A stretch of DNA of 64,000 nt from Nitrospiraceae bacterium (GTDB taxonomy: Bacteria; Nitrospirota; Nitrospiria; Nitrospirales; Nitrospiraceae), in assembly GCA_037442105.1 (NCBI GenBank), contig JBBIQV010000013.1, forward strand, positions 1-64,000, read 5' to 3'. The notes under the pieces are model-generated. The model had not been told where the DNA came from, did not search any database, and worked only from the letters and a program-made list of their open reading frames with translations. Shown piece by piece: positions 1 to 8,023 of this stretch. Numbering within the stretch: position 1 is the first letter of the stretch; every line of letters starts with the position of its first letter. Position numbers and translations under genes: made by a program.

Positions 1-71
1 ACTCGATGAACGCCATGCTGGATAAAGGAGACGGTATAAATGAGACATACGATCGCGGGGGACAGCAGTAG
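1..71 (+). CDS. 3' end of a CDS entering from the left edge (SMNAMLDKGDGINETYDRGGQQ*)
   Basis: Open frame from base 3 to TAG at 69-71; too short to identify. Confidence 0.35.
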   Translation, partial: SMNAMLDKGDGINETYDRGGQQ

Positions 72-94
72 ACGGGGGGAAAATGGGAAAGATG

Positions 95-196
95 GAAGAT
101 GGGGTGGGGTCAGAAGATGGGGTGGGGTCAGTTCTTGACCTTACACTCAGAGGGCGTCAATGCTTCATAGAAAAGTCAGAAGTCAAGACTGACCCC
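95..196. repeat. 18-bp tandem duplication joined to a short inverted-repeat element (REP/MITE-like)
   Basis: GAAGATGGGGTGGGGTCA at 95-112 and 113-130; GGGGTCAGTTCTTGAC (124-139) is an imperfect inverted repeat of GTCAAGACTGACCCC (182-196). Confidence 0.7.
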
Positions 197-255
197 CAGT
201 ATCTAACCATTTTCGTTCCCCGACCTGAGGCATTGCCGTTGAGGAGGACACAAAA

Positions 256-1125
256 ATGCTACCCGCGAGAGCAGTGAAGTTACTACAGCTTGCCATTTCG
301 ATACTATTGTGCGCGCTCATCACCTCCTGCGCCGGCAATCCTCCCTTAATCGATGCCGCTACAGCAGGGGATACAAGCACCATGCAAGCCCAGCTGGCTA
401 AGGGCACAGATGTCAATGCGAGGGGTAAAGATGGTGGAACGGCTTTGATGCATGCGGCAGGTAGGGGCCATGAGGCTGCGGTGCAGGTTCTGCTGGATAA
501 GGGAGCCGATGTGAACGCAAAAGATATGGCTGGTGTCACAGCCCTGATGGCGGTGAGTATGGGCGGCAACACCAACATCGCGCGTACTTTGATAGGCAAA
601 GGCGCCGACGTGAATGCAAAAGATAGAGATGGTATGACACCTCTGATGTTAGCGGCAGGGAAGGGCCATGTTGGTATCGTGCAAGCTCTGCTGGCCGAAG
701 GTGCTGACGCGAATGCGACCGTGAAGACCAGGGAGGGTGCGGAGGGGTGGACTGCCCTGATGGATGCAAGCATGGGAGGGTACACTGACATCGTGCAAGC
801 ATTGTTGGCCAATGGCGCAGATGTGAATGCCAAAATGAATAACGGCGTGACCGCCTTAATGGAGGCGGCAGTAAATGGCCATACTGCTACAGCACAGGCC
901 TTGCTTGAAAAAGGCGCTGATGTGAATGCGAAAGATGATAAAGGCACCTCACCTTTGATTTCCGCAGCATTTTATGGCTACGTCGGAACAGCACAGGCCT
1001 TGCTGGCTGCGGGAGCTGATGTGAACGCAAGAAACAACGCGGGCAAGACGGCATTGGCACATGCGCAATATAGGGGTTACGGCAAAATTGTGCAATTGCT
1101 TAAGAATGCCGGAGCTAAGGAATAG
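256..1125 (+). CDS. Ankyrin-repeat lipoprotein
   Basis: About 7 GxTALMxAAxxGH...LLxxGADVNA repeats; lipobox-like LITSC after a hydrophobic N-terminus. Confidence 0.93.
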   Translation: MLPARAVKLLQLAISILLCALITSCAGNPPLIDAATAGDTSTMQAQLAKGTDVNARGKDGGTALMHAAGRGHEAAVQVLLDKGADVNAKDMAGVTALMAVSMGGNTNIARTLIGKGADVNAKDRDGMTPLMLAAGKGHVGIVQALLAEGADANATVKTREGAEGWTALMDASMGGYTDIVQALLANGADVNAKMNNGVTALMEAAVNGHTATAQALLEKGADVNAKDDKGTSPLISAAFYGYVGTAQALLAAGADVNARNNAGKTALAHAQYRGYGKIVQLLKNAGAKE

Positions 1126-1129
1126 CCTG

Positions 1130-1714
1130 ATGAAGTTGTTGGCATCCTCTGTTTTCTTATTGTTGCTTTCGGGCTGTCTTTTTATACCTGGTACATACTC
1201 TGACCCGTTCGACGAATATGCCCGCGGTTTACGTTGGTTTGATCGTGGTTCGTTCGAACAAGCAAGGAATCACTGGGTGCCTTTGGCCAACGCAGGCGAC
1301 TGCGACGCCCAGTTCAGGCTGGGCACATTGTATTTTCTGGGTGCAGGAGTTCCGCAAAGCGATGAAAATGCCCGCCATTGGTTACTTGCTGCGGCAAATC
1401 AGGGCCAGGCTTTTGCGCAAGTCCTACTCGCGGTAATGCACGCACACGATACTATCTCAATCAGCACTGCCGCTCGGGAAGTAGTTTTTGATTGTAGGCA
1501 AGGCTGTGGCATCGACAAAGATATGGTGGAAGCTTACACATGGGCCAGTCTTTCGGAAAGATTCGCGGTATACGACGGACACCGAGAAGGGGTTAAGAAA
1601 ACGCTCGTCAAATACAGCCAGTCTCTGAACCCGGAACAAATCGCAGAAGCTAAGCAGCGAGCCCAAGACTGGAAACCTTCTCCAAGCCAGTGCAAACAGA
1701 GGAAACTGTTGTGA
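1130..1714 (+). CDS. Sel1-like repeat lipoprotein
   Basis: AQFRLGTLYFLGAGVPQSDENARHWLLAAANQG Sel1 motif; LLSGC lipobox; ATG 4 nt after the ankyrin stop. Confidence 0.85.
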   Translation: MKLLASSVFLLLLSGCLFIPGTYSDPFDEYARGLRWFDRGSFEQARNHWVPLANAGDCDAQFRLGTLYFLGAGVPQSDENARHWLLAAANQGQAFAQVLLAVMHAHDTISISTAAREVVFDCRQGCGIDKDMVEAYTWASLSERFAVYDGHREGVKKTLVKYSQSLNPEQIAEAKQRAQDWKPSPSQCKQRKLL

Positions 1715-1771
1715 GGCCAGACAGCTATGCATCATAACCCCATTCGCTCCACGCGACCGGCTACAAGAGAG

Positions 1772-1921
1772 TAATGTACCGGGAGTCTTTTTAGCTCCTC
1801 AGTCGTGTGTCTCCCCCACTGTGAAAGGCCATGAGGTGAGCCAAGAGGGAAAGGAAAAGGGGAACAGGCTCTCACTCTGCCAGCCAAAGACCGCCGAGAC
1901 GCGAGGCAAGGTCGAGCAACG
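1772..1921. repeat. 150-bp direct repeat, copy 1
   Basis: Near-identical to 3364-3513 (TAATGTACCGGG...GAGCAACG), a handful of substitutions. Confidence 0.9.
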
Positions 1922-1942
1922 ACCACCACAGGGGCGGGAAAA

Positions 1943-2094
1943 GGGGACAGGCAGAATAAGTGAGAGGAAAGCTCGCTGAGATGCCTCTGCTGTGCCGAGG
2001 GAAAATCTCCATCGCCACGATCGACGCCGTGTGCCAGCAGACGGAGACAGAACAAGTGGCCAGGCAGAATAAGTCGATAGTCATGTCTGTCCCC
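1943..2094. repeat. Small element bounded by GGGGACAG(G/A)CA inverted repeats
   Basis: GGGGACAGGCA (1943-1953) and TGTCTGTCCCC (2084-2094); internal direct repeat CAGGCAGAATAAGT at 1948 and 2061. Confidence 0.6.
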
Positions 2095-2099
2095 AAATC

Positions 2100-2571
2100 C
2101 ATGACCGTTGCGATCCTGCATCCCGGCCAATCGGGCAATGTTCAGCACTGGGAACTGCGGTGGGATAAACATCCAAACCGCGCCGTCTTTCCACCGCAAC
2201 GTCGGCACCCCGCTCGGTTCCGTGATGACAGCCCCTTGCATCGCGGCATCCGTCAGATTGAGGAACCGTCCGTCGGGCTGTTTGGTAAAGGTGAATCGCT
2301 TTCCATCGGCTAAGCCCACCACTCGCTGGTCCCCCTGTACGCCCAGGGCAATCGAATAGGGGAAGGTGGTGCCGCGCCCAAAGGGACCGCTCTGCGGGCC
2401 ATTGGTGCGGAACGAGCGCGTAATCGAAATCGGCGTCCGGCCTGGCAAGATTAAATCGGTCTTCTGCAGTGTCAAGAGCCCGGTGGCCAGATCGACGGGG
2501 TCACCTCCTGTGGTTCCATCGGGCCCCGTTATGGAATTGCCGAAATAGAATTGGCGAGCTGTTTCGAGCAT
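2100..2571 (-). pseudogene. Rhs/YD-repeat protein fragment (DUF6531-like domain plus start of the YD repeats)
   Basis: GGDPVDLATG...DLILPG..PISITRSF...GPFGRG and DRNGH motifs; Rhs-like sequence stops at the repeat element near 2100. Confidence 0.8.
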
Positions 2572-2637
2572 CGCTGCCAGGTTGATGCCGCAGCAAAACC
2601 GGGGCTGACCGTGTTGCTTGCCGGATGGTGGTTCAAA

Positions 2638-2666
2638 TTGACTTCTCCTCCTTCCTCTAGTAGGCT
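2638..2666 (+). promoter_or_regulatory. Putative sigma70 promoter of the DUF433-PIN operon
   Basis: TTGACT-17 nt-TAGGCT ending 30 nt upstream of the ATG. Confidence 0.5.
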
Positions 2667-2696
2667 GCCCTCATTGAGGGCTCGTGGATCACACGC

Positions 2697-2972
2697 ATGA
2701 CGACCGCCACCCGCCATCCCTATATTGTCTGTAGCGACAACATTCTGCATGGTGCGCCCATTGTCGCCGGCACGCGCACACCGGTGCGCGCGATCGCCGA
2801 GTTGTGGAAGTTCGGGGTCGCGCCTGAAGAGATTATCGTCCGGTTGCCCCACCTTACGCTCGCCCAAGTGTTCGATGCCTTGAGCTACTATCAGGAACAG
2901 CGCCGCGCGATGGATGAGGACATCGAGCGCCAACGCATCCCTGACGATCAGGTCCACCCTCGCCTCCGGTGA
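2697..2972 (+). CDS. DUF433-family antitoxin
   Basis: ILHGAPIVAGTRTPV...LTLAQVFDALSYY signature; GTGA overlap with the PIN gene. Confidence 0.9.
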   Translation: MTTATRHPYIVCSDNILHGAPIVAGTRTPVRAIAELWKFGVAPEEIIVRLPHLTLAQVFDALSYYQEQRRAMDEDIERQRIPDDQVHPRLR

Positions 2973-3325
2973 GCGAACCCTCGCTCTTTATCCGGCTCTA
3001 TCTTGACGAAGATGTCTCCGTGTTCGTCGCGCAATTGTTGCGTCCGCATGGTTTCGAGGTGCTGACCACGCGAGAGGCCCAGCAGTTGGGCTTCTCTGAC
3101 GCCGCACAATTGGAGTATGCGGCGGCGCACCAGCGGACCCTCCTCACCCACAATCGCATCGACTACGAGTGGCTCCATGCCGAGGCGCTTCAGAAACAGC
3201 AGCCACATGCCGGCATCCTCATCGCGAATCGCCGCGCCTCGGACTTCGACTTGGCCCGCCGCATCATGATTGTGCTGAACCGATTCACGGCTGACGAGAT
3301 GGCCAACCAACTCATCTATCTGTAG
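2969..3325 (+). CDS. DUF5615-family PIN-domain toxin (VapC-like)
   Basis: LYLDEDV, SDAAQL, LLTHNRIDY and HAGIL motifs. Confidence 0.88.
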   Translation: MSEPSLFIRLYLDEDVSVFVAQLLRPHGFEVLTTREAQQLGFSDAAQLEYAAAHQRTLLTHNRIDYEWLHAEALQKQQPHAGILIANRRASDFDLARRIMIVLNRFTADEMANQLIYL

Positions 3326-3334
3326 ATCGCTCCT

Positions 3335-3370
3335 CCGGTCTGAGATAATGTACCGGTCTGAGATAATGTA
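3335..3370. repeat. 18-bp tandem duplication at the end of the 150-bp repeat
   Basis: CCGGTCTGAGATAATGTA at 3335-3352 and 3353-3370. Confidence 0.85.
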
Positions 3371-3513
3371 CCGGGATTCTTTTTAGCCCCTCAGTCGTGT
3401 GTCTCCCCCACTGTGAAAGGCCATGAGGTGAGCCAAGAGGGAAAGCAAAAGGAGAACAGGCTCTCACTCTGCCAGCCAAAGACCGCCGAGACGCGAGGCA
3501 AGGCCGAGCAACG
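3364..3513. repeat. 150-bp direct repeat, copy 2
   Basis: Near-identical to 1772-1921. Confidence 0.9.
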
Positions 3514-3517
3514 CCCC

Positions 3518-3598
3518 CTACACAAGTTCGCCGACGATTGTCCTGAACTTGCGCAGAAAGCGGGTGAGGGAAGAGAAGTAGTCGTCGATGGTCTTCAC
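3518..3598 (-). pseudogene. Truncated putative toxin N-terminus (MKTIDDYFSSLTRFLRKFRTIVGELV*)
   Basis: GTG start overlaps the TGA of the upstream gene (GTGA coupling); ends after 26 codons, next to the 150-bp repeat. Confidence 0.45.
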
Positions 3599-3825
3599 AC
3601 ACCGACGGCTTTCTTGGGCTTGACGGTCTTCAGGAGAATTTTATAGGAGTGGTAATCATGAACCCATCTGACGATGTCCTGACTGTCACCGAGCTCTCCG
3701 CTAAAATACCGCTGCTCGCACTCAGCCGAGGCCATGCCGTACTGTCTCTCCCAGTCGGCAAGGCGCTGTTGAAGCTCGTCCAGAGTCAGTTGGTGCACTT
3801 TTGTGTTCACAGGGTTGTCCCTCAA
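3595..3825 (-). CDS. Small antitoxin-like protein (TumA-like)
   Basis: L..WERQYGMAS.E..QRY..GELGD..D...W pattern; own promoter upstream. Confidence 0.6.
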   Translation of the reverse strand: MRDNPVNTKVHQLTLDELQQRLADWERQYGMASAECEQRYFSGELGDSQDIVRWVHDYHSYKILLKTVKPKKAVGV

Positions 3826-3863
3826 ACGAGTCGGCTCACCCTTTCACGACATGGCTGGATGGT

Positions 3864-3892
3864 ACTTTACGGTCGCCACGACGGGCTGTCAA
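3864..3892 (-). promoter_or_regulatory. Putative sigma70 promoter
   Basis: TTGACA-17 nt-TAAAGT on the minus strand upstream of 3825. Confidence 0.6.
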
Positions 3893-4015
3893 GGCAACGG
3901 TGCCCTGATCCGCAAGACTCACCATAAGGGTGCCCCGGTTCAATAAAGATGGCGGGGAGTATACCGAGAGTCCTTTGTCGCCAGCGGGAGTCTTTAATTC
4001 CCCCTCTGGAATGTC

Positions 4016-4731
4016 ATGACAACTGCTTCCGTTGTCTTGGCGCTATTCGTGTTGTCGGCTTGCGCGTCCCCGCCGACGACGATGCGGGATTCCCAGAGTC
4101 CGGCCATTGGTATTTCTCTGATCGTCAAGCTGCCGATCGGGCTGTTCCGCTACCGACCTGACACGGTGTATTTTGTGACGGCGGAGAGAGAGAAGAAGAT
4201 CTCTCTACCCAAGGCCTGTTGGTCGAATCCAACTATATCAAGGGCGACCGCGCCTACCTCCTCAATGCGACACCGGGCCGCTACATCGCTGTGGCCGCCT
4301 ACTACAGTACAAACCCGTGCCAACTTACCCCTCACTACACGACCTTCTTTTCTCAGGAAGTCGTCACGCGCACAGAGGTCAGTGCAGACCCCGGGACCAT
4401 TGCCTTCATGGGCGACTATGTGGTGAACCAATCCATGGACTTGACCAATCCCGATGACGCTCAGATACGTTTCATCCCACGGATCGATCCGAATGCTTTC
4501 AGGGGATTGGGTGGCACAAAGGAGGAGATAGTGAAGGCGGTGGTCACAGCGGCAATAACGGCGGCATTGACTCGTGAAGGACGAATGTATTATTCGGGTT
4601 TGCTTGGAGAGGGGCATCGGGATCGGCGTGCTGAAGAAACGTTTCTGAAGAAAGCCCTGGACGACCTCCGCGAAGGGGGTTGGGCGGGAATCATTCAACA
4701 ACGGATCGACGCTTTGCGGTCCGCTCAGTGA
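4016..4731 (+). pseudogene. Frameshifted lipoprotein, paralog of 4743-5636
   Basis: N-half (LSAC lipobox, AIGISL, VYF) is in the 4016 frame; C-half (SNY..G...YLLNATPGRY) is in the 4219 frame; the shift falls at (GA)5, 4184-4193. Confidence 0.8.
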
Positions 4732-4742
4732 CAGAGCACCAA

Positions 4743-5636
4743 ATGGCTCCCGGCACTTCTTCTGGCTATAAGATACAAGTACTGGTCCTTTTGGTTGCAT
4801 CGACCATCTTCGGGTTGCCCGCCTGCGCCACTCTGCCGCCACCCCCAGACCCGCAAAATTCCCAGAGCGCTGCGATCGGCATTTCCCTGGTAATCCGCCC
4901 TCCGGTCCGCCTATTCGGTCTCGCCGATCAAAAGACGGATATGACGGTGTACTTCATCCGGCTCGATGAAGAAAAGGGAACGCCAGACTCCTTCTTACAG
5001 ACCACGCTGTACCGGTCAAACTATACACACGGCAATCAGGTCTATCTGCTCAATGCCACACCCGGACGGTACGCGGCCGTCGTCGCTTTTTTTGAGCGAA
5101 CCCCTCCGCCTCCACCACTGGCTCCAGGGGCGCCTCCCGCTGTGTCGGGTCCGCCGAAAAAGTTCTGGACCTATTTATCGGAGGATGTGATTCGGCAGAC
5201 GGAAGTCACGGTGCCGCCTGGGGCGATCCGCTATATGGGAGACTACGTTATCGATCAGGCGGTCGGTATGAAGAACGCCGACGACGTCCAAGACTATTAT
5301 CACCGGTTCGTGATCTATTCCCATGACAAGATGATCGGTGATTTTCTGAAAGGAATGGAGAAGGGCGAGAGACAGCAGGAAGCAATACTGAGAACGACTC
5401 TGATCGTTGGAACGATTCTGTATTATTCCATTGCGGACCGGGCGAGCCTTAGTACCCCCAACCTCATGGCGCGGGCACTCTTGTTCGACGAAGCCTCTTA
5501 TGGAGTATCTGTCTACTCCGCCGATCGCAGCCCACAGGCGGAGGCAGCTTTTCTCAAAAAGGCAAGCGAACACTTTCAGACCACCGGGTGGATGCCGAGC
5601 ATTCAGAAGCGGCTGGACGAGTTGACCGCACCATAG
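4743..5636 (+). CDS. Lipoprotein of unknown function
   Basis: LPAC lipobox; shares AIGISL, YLLNATPGRY, TEV...PG.I.(F/Y)MGDYV and FLKKA blocks with the upstream paralog. Confidence 0.8.
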   Translation: MAPGTSSGYKIQVLVLLVASTIFGLPACATLPPPPDPQNSQSAAIGISLVIRPPVRLFGLADQKTDMTVYFIRLDEEKGTPDSFLQTTLYRSNYTHGNQVYLLNATPGRYAAVVAFFERTPPPPPLAPGAPPAVSGPPKKFWTYLSEDVIRQTEVTVPPGAIRYMGDYVIDQAVGMKNADDVQDYYHRFVIYSHDKMIGDFLKGMEKGERQQEAILRTTLIVGTILYYSIADRASLSTPNLMARALLFDEASYGVSVYSADRSPQAEAAFLKKASEHFQTTGWMPSIQKRLDELTAP

Positions 5637-5683
5637 CAGGCACGTCACATAAAGAAGCATGGTCAAGAGAAAGGGCTTTCCCA

Positions 5684-5740
5684 ATGATCACCTCCATCGC
5701 GTTTACCGTCTATCCCGTCTCGGAACAGACGAAACTGTAG
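5684..5740 (+). pseudogene. N-terminal stub of a VOC/glyoxalase gene
   Basis: MITSIAFTVYPVSE matches MISSMAFTVYPVTD of the gene at 7034; stops after 18 codons. Confidence 0.65.
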
Positions 5741-5768
5741 CGGGGGTCTTTTCTTGTCTTTGGATTCT

Positions 5769-6098
5769 TCAGAGGCCCAACCAACTTCTGAGGGCGTGCT
5801 CGAGTCTGGCGAGATCCTGTGCGGATAAACGGCCGACCCGTCGTGCCACGCATCCACCTTCAAGGGTGAAGATGCCACGTTTCACGACACTGCGAGACAC
5901 TAATCCGGCAGCATGCCAGTCCTCGAGCAAGAACTCTCCCGGTTGGAGATGTTCGGTTTGCGAGGTGAGGGGGAGAAGAAAAAGGTCAGTGGAAGGATGA
6001 GCCGCGCTGACGACCACCGCCGGGCGCCGCTTCATTCCAGACAGGTCGGAGAAGGGTAGATCGGCGAGGACGACATCACCCCTGTCATAGGTTGTCAT
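5769..6098 (-). CDS. PemK/MazF-family toxin
   Basis: RGDVVLADLPFSDLSGMKRRPAVVVS...PLTS signature. Confidence 0.92.
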   Translation of the reverse strand: MTTYDRGDVVLADLPFSDLSGMKRRPAVVVSAAHPSTDLFLLPLTSQTEHLQPGEFLLEDWHAAGLVSRSVVKRGIFTLEGGCVARRVGRLSAQDLARLEHALRSWLGL

Positions 6099-6291
6099 AC
6101 ACGGCGTCGCCCGGATTATCCCAGATCTTCTTCAGGCTCGGCAAGCTGGCGAGAAAGAGCCCCTTCTGCAGCTGATTGATCTCGTCGAGCGAGTCCGGCA
6201 GAACGACCTCCACCGGCGTATTCGCGGGAAGAGAGATGGGCTCATCCAACACCACTTTTTCTCCGTCATAATGGGCTGCCACGTGCTTCAT
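6085..6291 (-). CDS. Antitoxin partner of the MazF-like toxin (DUF104/AF2212-like N-terminus)
   Basis: 68 aa, AHYDGEKVVLDEPISLP...V.V and C-terminal IWDNPGDAVYDNL; overlaps the toxin start. Confidence 0.8.
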   Translation of the reverse strand: MKHVAAHYDGEKVVLDEPISLPANTPVEVVLPDSLDEINQLQKGLFLASLPSLKKIWDNPGDAVYDNL

Positions 6292-6463
6292 GCGGCACCT
6301 TTCATCAACCGCTCCTTCATGGGCTAGGCTACTGGCGATGGGATGCTCTTCGAAAGACCAACCCATTCTAACGTGTCCTTTTTCGATCGGCAAGGCATGA
6401 GGACAACAGAGAAAAACCTTCTCGAAGAGGAAAAGAGCGAGAGAAGAATGGGTCGACGTGATC

Positions 6464-6600
6464 GCGCCTTGCTCATCGGCGCGGATCTGCTTCATCTTCG
6501 CGATATCGAAAAACTCGCCACCGGTATCGCCAGCATCGGCGGCGCCGGCCCATTCGACGGGATCGTCCTCTCGGGCATCGTGGCGCCGTATCTGGCATGA
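6464..6600 (+). pseudogene. C-terminal fragment of a DUF1614-like membrane protein
   Basis: LIGADLLHL......[19 protein letters not shown] with no N-terminal part. Confidence 0.6.
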
Positions 6601-6705
6601 ACACGCTCGGAGACATCTGTATTCGTCGAGCGAATCACATACGGCTGGTTTCGAATCGGTTATAATCATCCTGCCATGCGCTTTCGCCTCACATCCTGAT
6701 GACCT

Positions 6706-7020
6706 ATGACCAGAGATGCATTCATTGAAGCGGCGTTCGATGAATTGCACGCCATCGAGCGCGGAGACGCGACGATTCAGCTCATCGAGGGCGACATCCT
6801 GCTCGGCAAGGTAGGTTACCTGACCAGCCACGGCTGGAAGATCGTTGTGTTCAGCGACGGAGACGCGTGGGATTACATCGACTCGATCACCCCTCCATCG
6901 GGCGAACGGTTTCTGCTGTGGCCCGATACACTGGCGCACGACTCAGAAGGCATGGTGAAGCTTCGCTCTTATCATCCGCCTGGCGACCAGGCGCAAGCGA
7001 TCTGGGGATTCTTGGCATGA
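6706..7020 (+). CDS. Hypothetical protein
   Basis: 104-aa ORF with protein-like composition, directly upstream of the VOC gene. Confidence 0.6.
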   Translation: MTRDAFIEAAFDELHAIERGDATIQLIEGDILLGKVGYLTSHGWKIVVFSDGDAWDYIDSITPPSGERFLLWPDTLAHDSEGMVKLRSYHPPGDQAQAIWGFLA

Positions 7021-7033
7021 AAGGACTTGTTTG

Positions 7034-7387
7034 ATGATTTCCTCCATGGCCTTTACCGTCTACCCCGTGACCGACATGGCACGGGCGCGAGCCTTCTACG
7101 AGCATGTGCTTGGTCTGCATGTGACCCATAACTACCAAAACGTCTGGGTGGAATATGACCTCGGCGATTCCACCTTCGCCATCACCACCATGGACATGGG
7201 ACACGTTCCAGGCGCAAAGGGAGCGATCGCGGCGTTTGAAGTGTCGGACTTCGACGCCTTCGTGCAGAAGATGAAGGAGCGGGCGGTGTCGTTCGTCACG
7301 GAGGCGTTCGATACGCCGGTCTGTCGGATGGCGGTCATTGAGGACCAGGATGGCAATCACATCACGATCCACAAGCGGAAGACCTGA
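7034..7387 (+). CDS. VOC/glyoxalase/bleomycin-resistance family protein
   Basis: VTDMARARAFYEHVLGL, AFEVSDFD and IEDQDGNHITIH motifs. Confidence 0.92.
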   Translation: MISSMAFTVYPVTDMARARAFYEHVLGLHVTHNYQNVWVEYDLGDSTFAITTMDMGHVPGAKGAIAAFEVSDFDAFVQKMKERAVSFVTEAFDTPVCRMAVIEDQDGNHITIHKRKT

Positions 7388-7402
7388 TAGAATCGTCGCT
7401 GC

Positions 7403-7670
7403 ATGGCTTCCCACATTCTGATTACCGGTCTGCCGGGAGTCGGCAAAACCACACTGATACGTGCACTCGCGAAGCGCTTGGCCGAATATCACCCGGCGGG
7501 GTTCTATACGGAGGAAATCCGGGACGCGCAGGGAACCAGAGAAGGCTTCCGGCTTGTGACCCTCTGCGGCCGCCGACTGGTCTTGTCCCACATCCACCAC
7601 CCTGGACCTTCCCGTGTCAGCCGCTACGGAGTGGATGTCGCCGGGTTCGAGCAGCTCATCGTCGCAATGA
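7403..7670 (+). pseudogene. Truncated THEP1/NTPase_1-family NTPase
   Basis: ITGLPGVGKTTL, GFYTEEIR and RVSRYGVDV present; Walker B half missing. Confidence 0.75.
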
Positions 7671-7852
7671 GCAGCTTCGGCGAATCGAAAGGGCGAGGGG
7701 TTTATCAGTCAGGTCAAACGGCTGCCCGACTGTCGCCTCGTGACGGTCACAAGAGAGAATCGCGACCTCCTTCTGGGTGCTCTCGCGAGCGAGTTGCAGG
7801 AAAGACTGCGAGATCACGCTTGTTGAGAGGGCTACGAGAAAGGAGAGACTTT

Positions 7853-8023
7853 ATGGTGCAGCTATCGTTGGAACCGGACGAGCAGGACATCTTAATCTGG
7901 GCGCTTCAGGGCGCTGTATCCGATCTGGGCGCGGAAATTGCGGACACGGAGAACCAGGAATTCCGGGAAGACCTCAAGGAACGGAAAGCCGTGTTGCAGA
8001 ATATTCTGCAACGATTGAGCTAG
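7853..8023 (+). CDS. Small hypothetical helical protein (56 aa)
   Basis: AGGAG RBS 7 nt before the ATG; LGAEIADTENQEFREDLKERK amphipathic helix. Confidence 0.7.
   Translation: MVQLSLEPDEQDILIWALQGAVSDLGAEIADTENQEFREDLKERKAVLQNILQRLS

Noticed and set aside
95..130. Short direct repeats as a CRISPR array (also 3335-3370)
   Set aside because: Only two adjacent 18-bp units, no spacers, no cas genes in the window
183..947. 254-aa minus-strand ORF
   Set aside because: Antisense shadow of the ankyrin-repeat gene
1732..2571. 279-aa ORF as an intact gene
   Set aside because: Only the first ~155 codons are Rhs-like; the rest is read-through across repeat elements
6085..6939. 284-aa ORF
   Set aside because: Only the last 68 codons look like an antitoxin; the rest overlaps plus-strand genes
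7403..8023. 206-aa ORF as a single fusion protein
   Set aside because: Truncated NTPase happens to be in frame with a separate small gene that has its own RBS at 7841-7845
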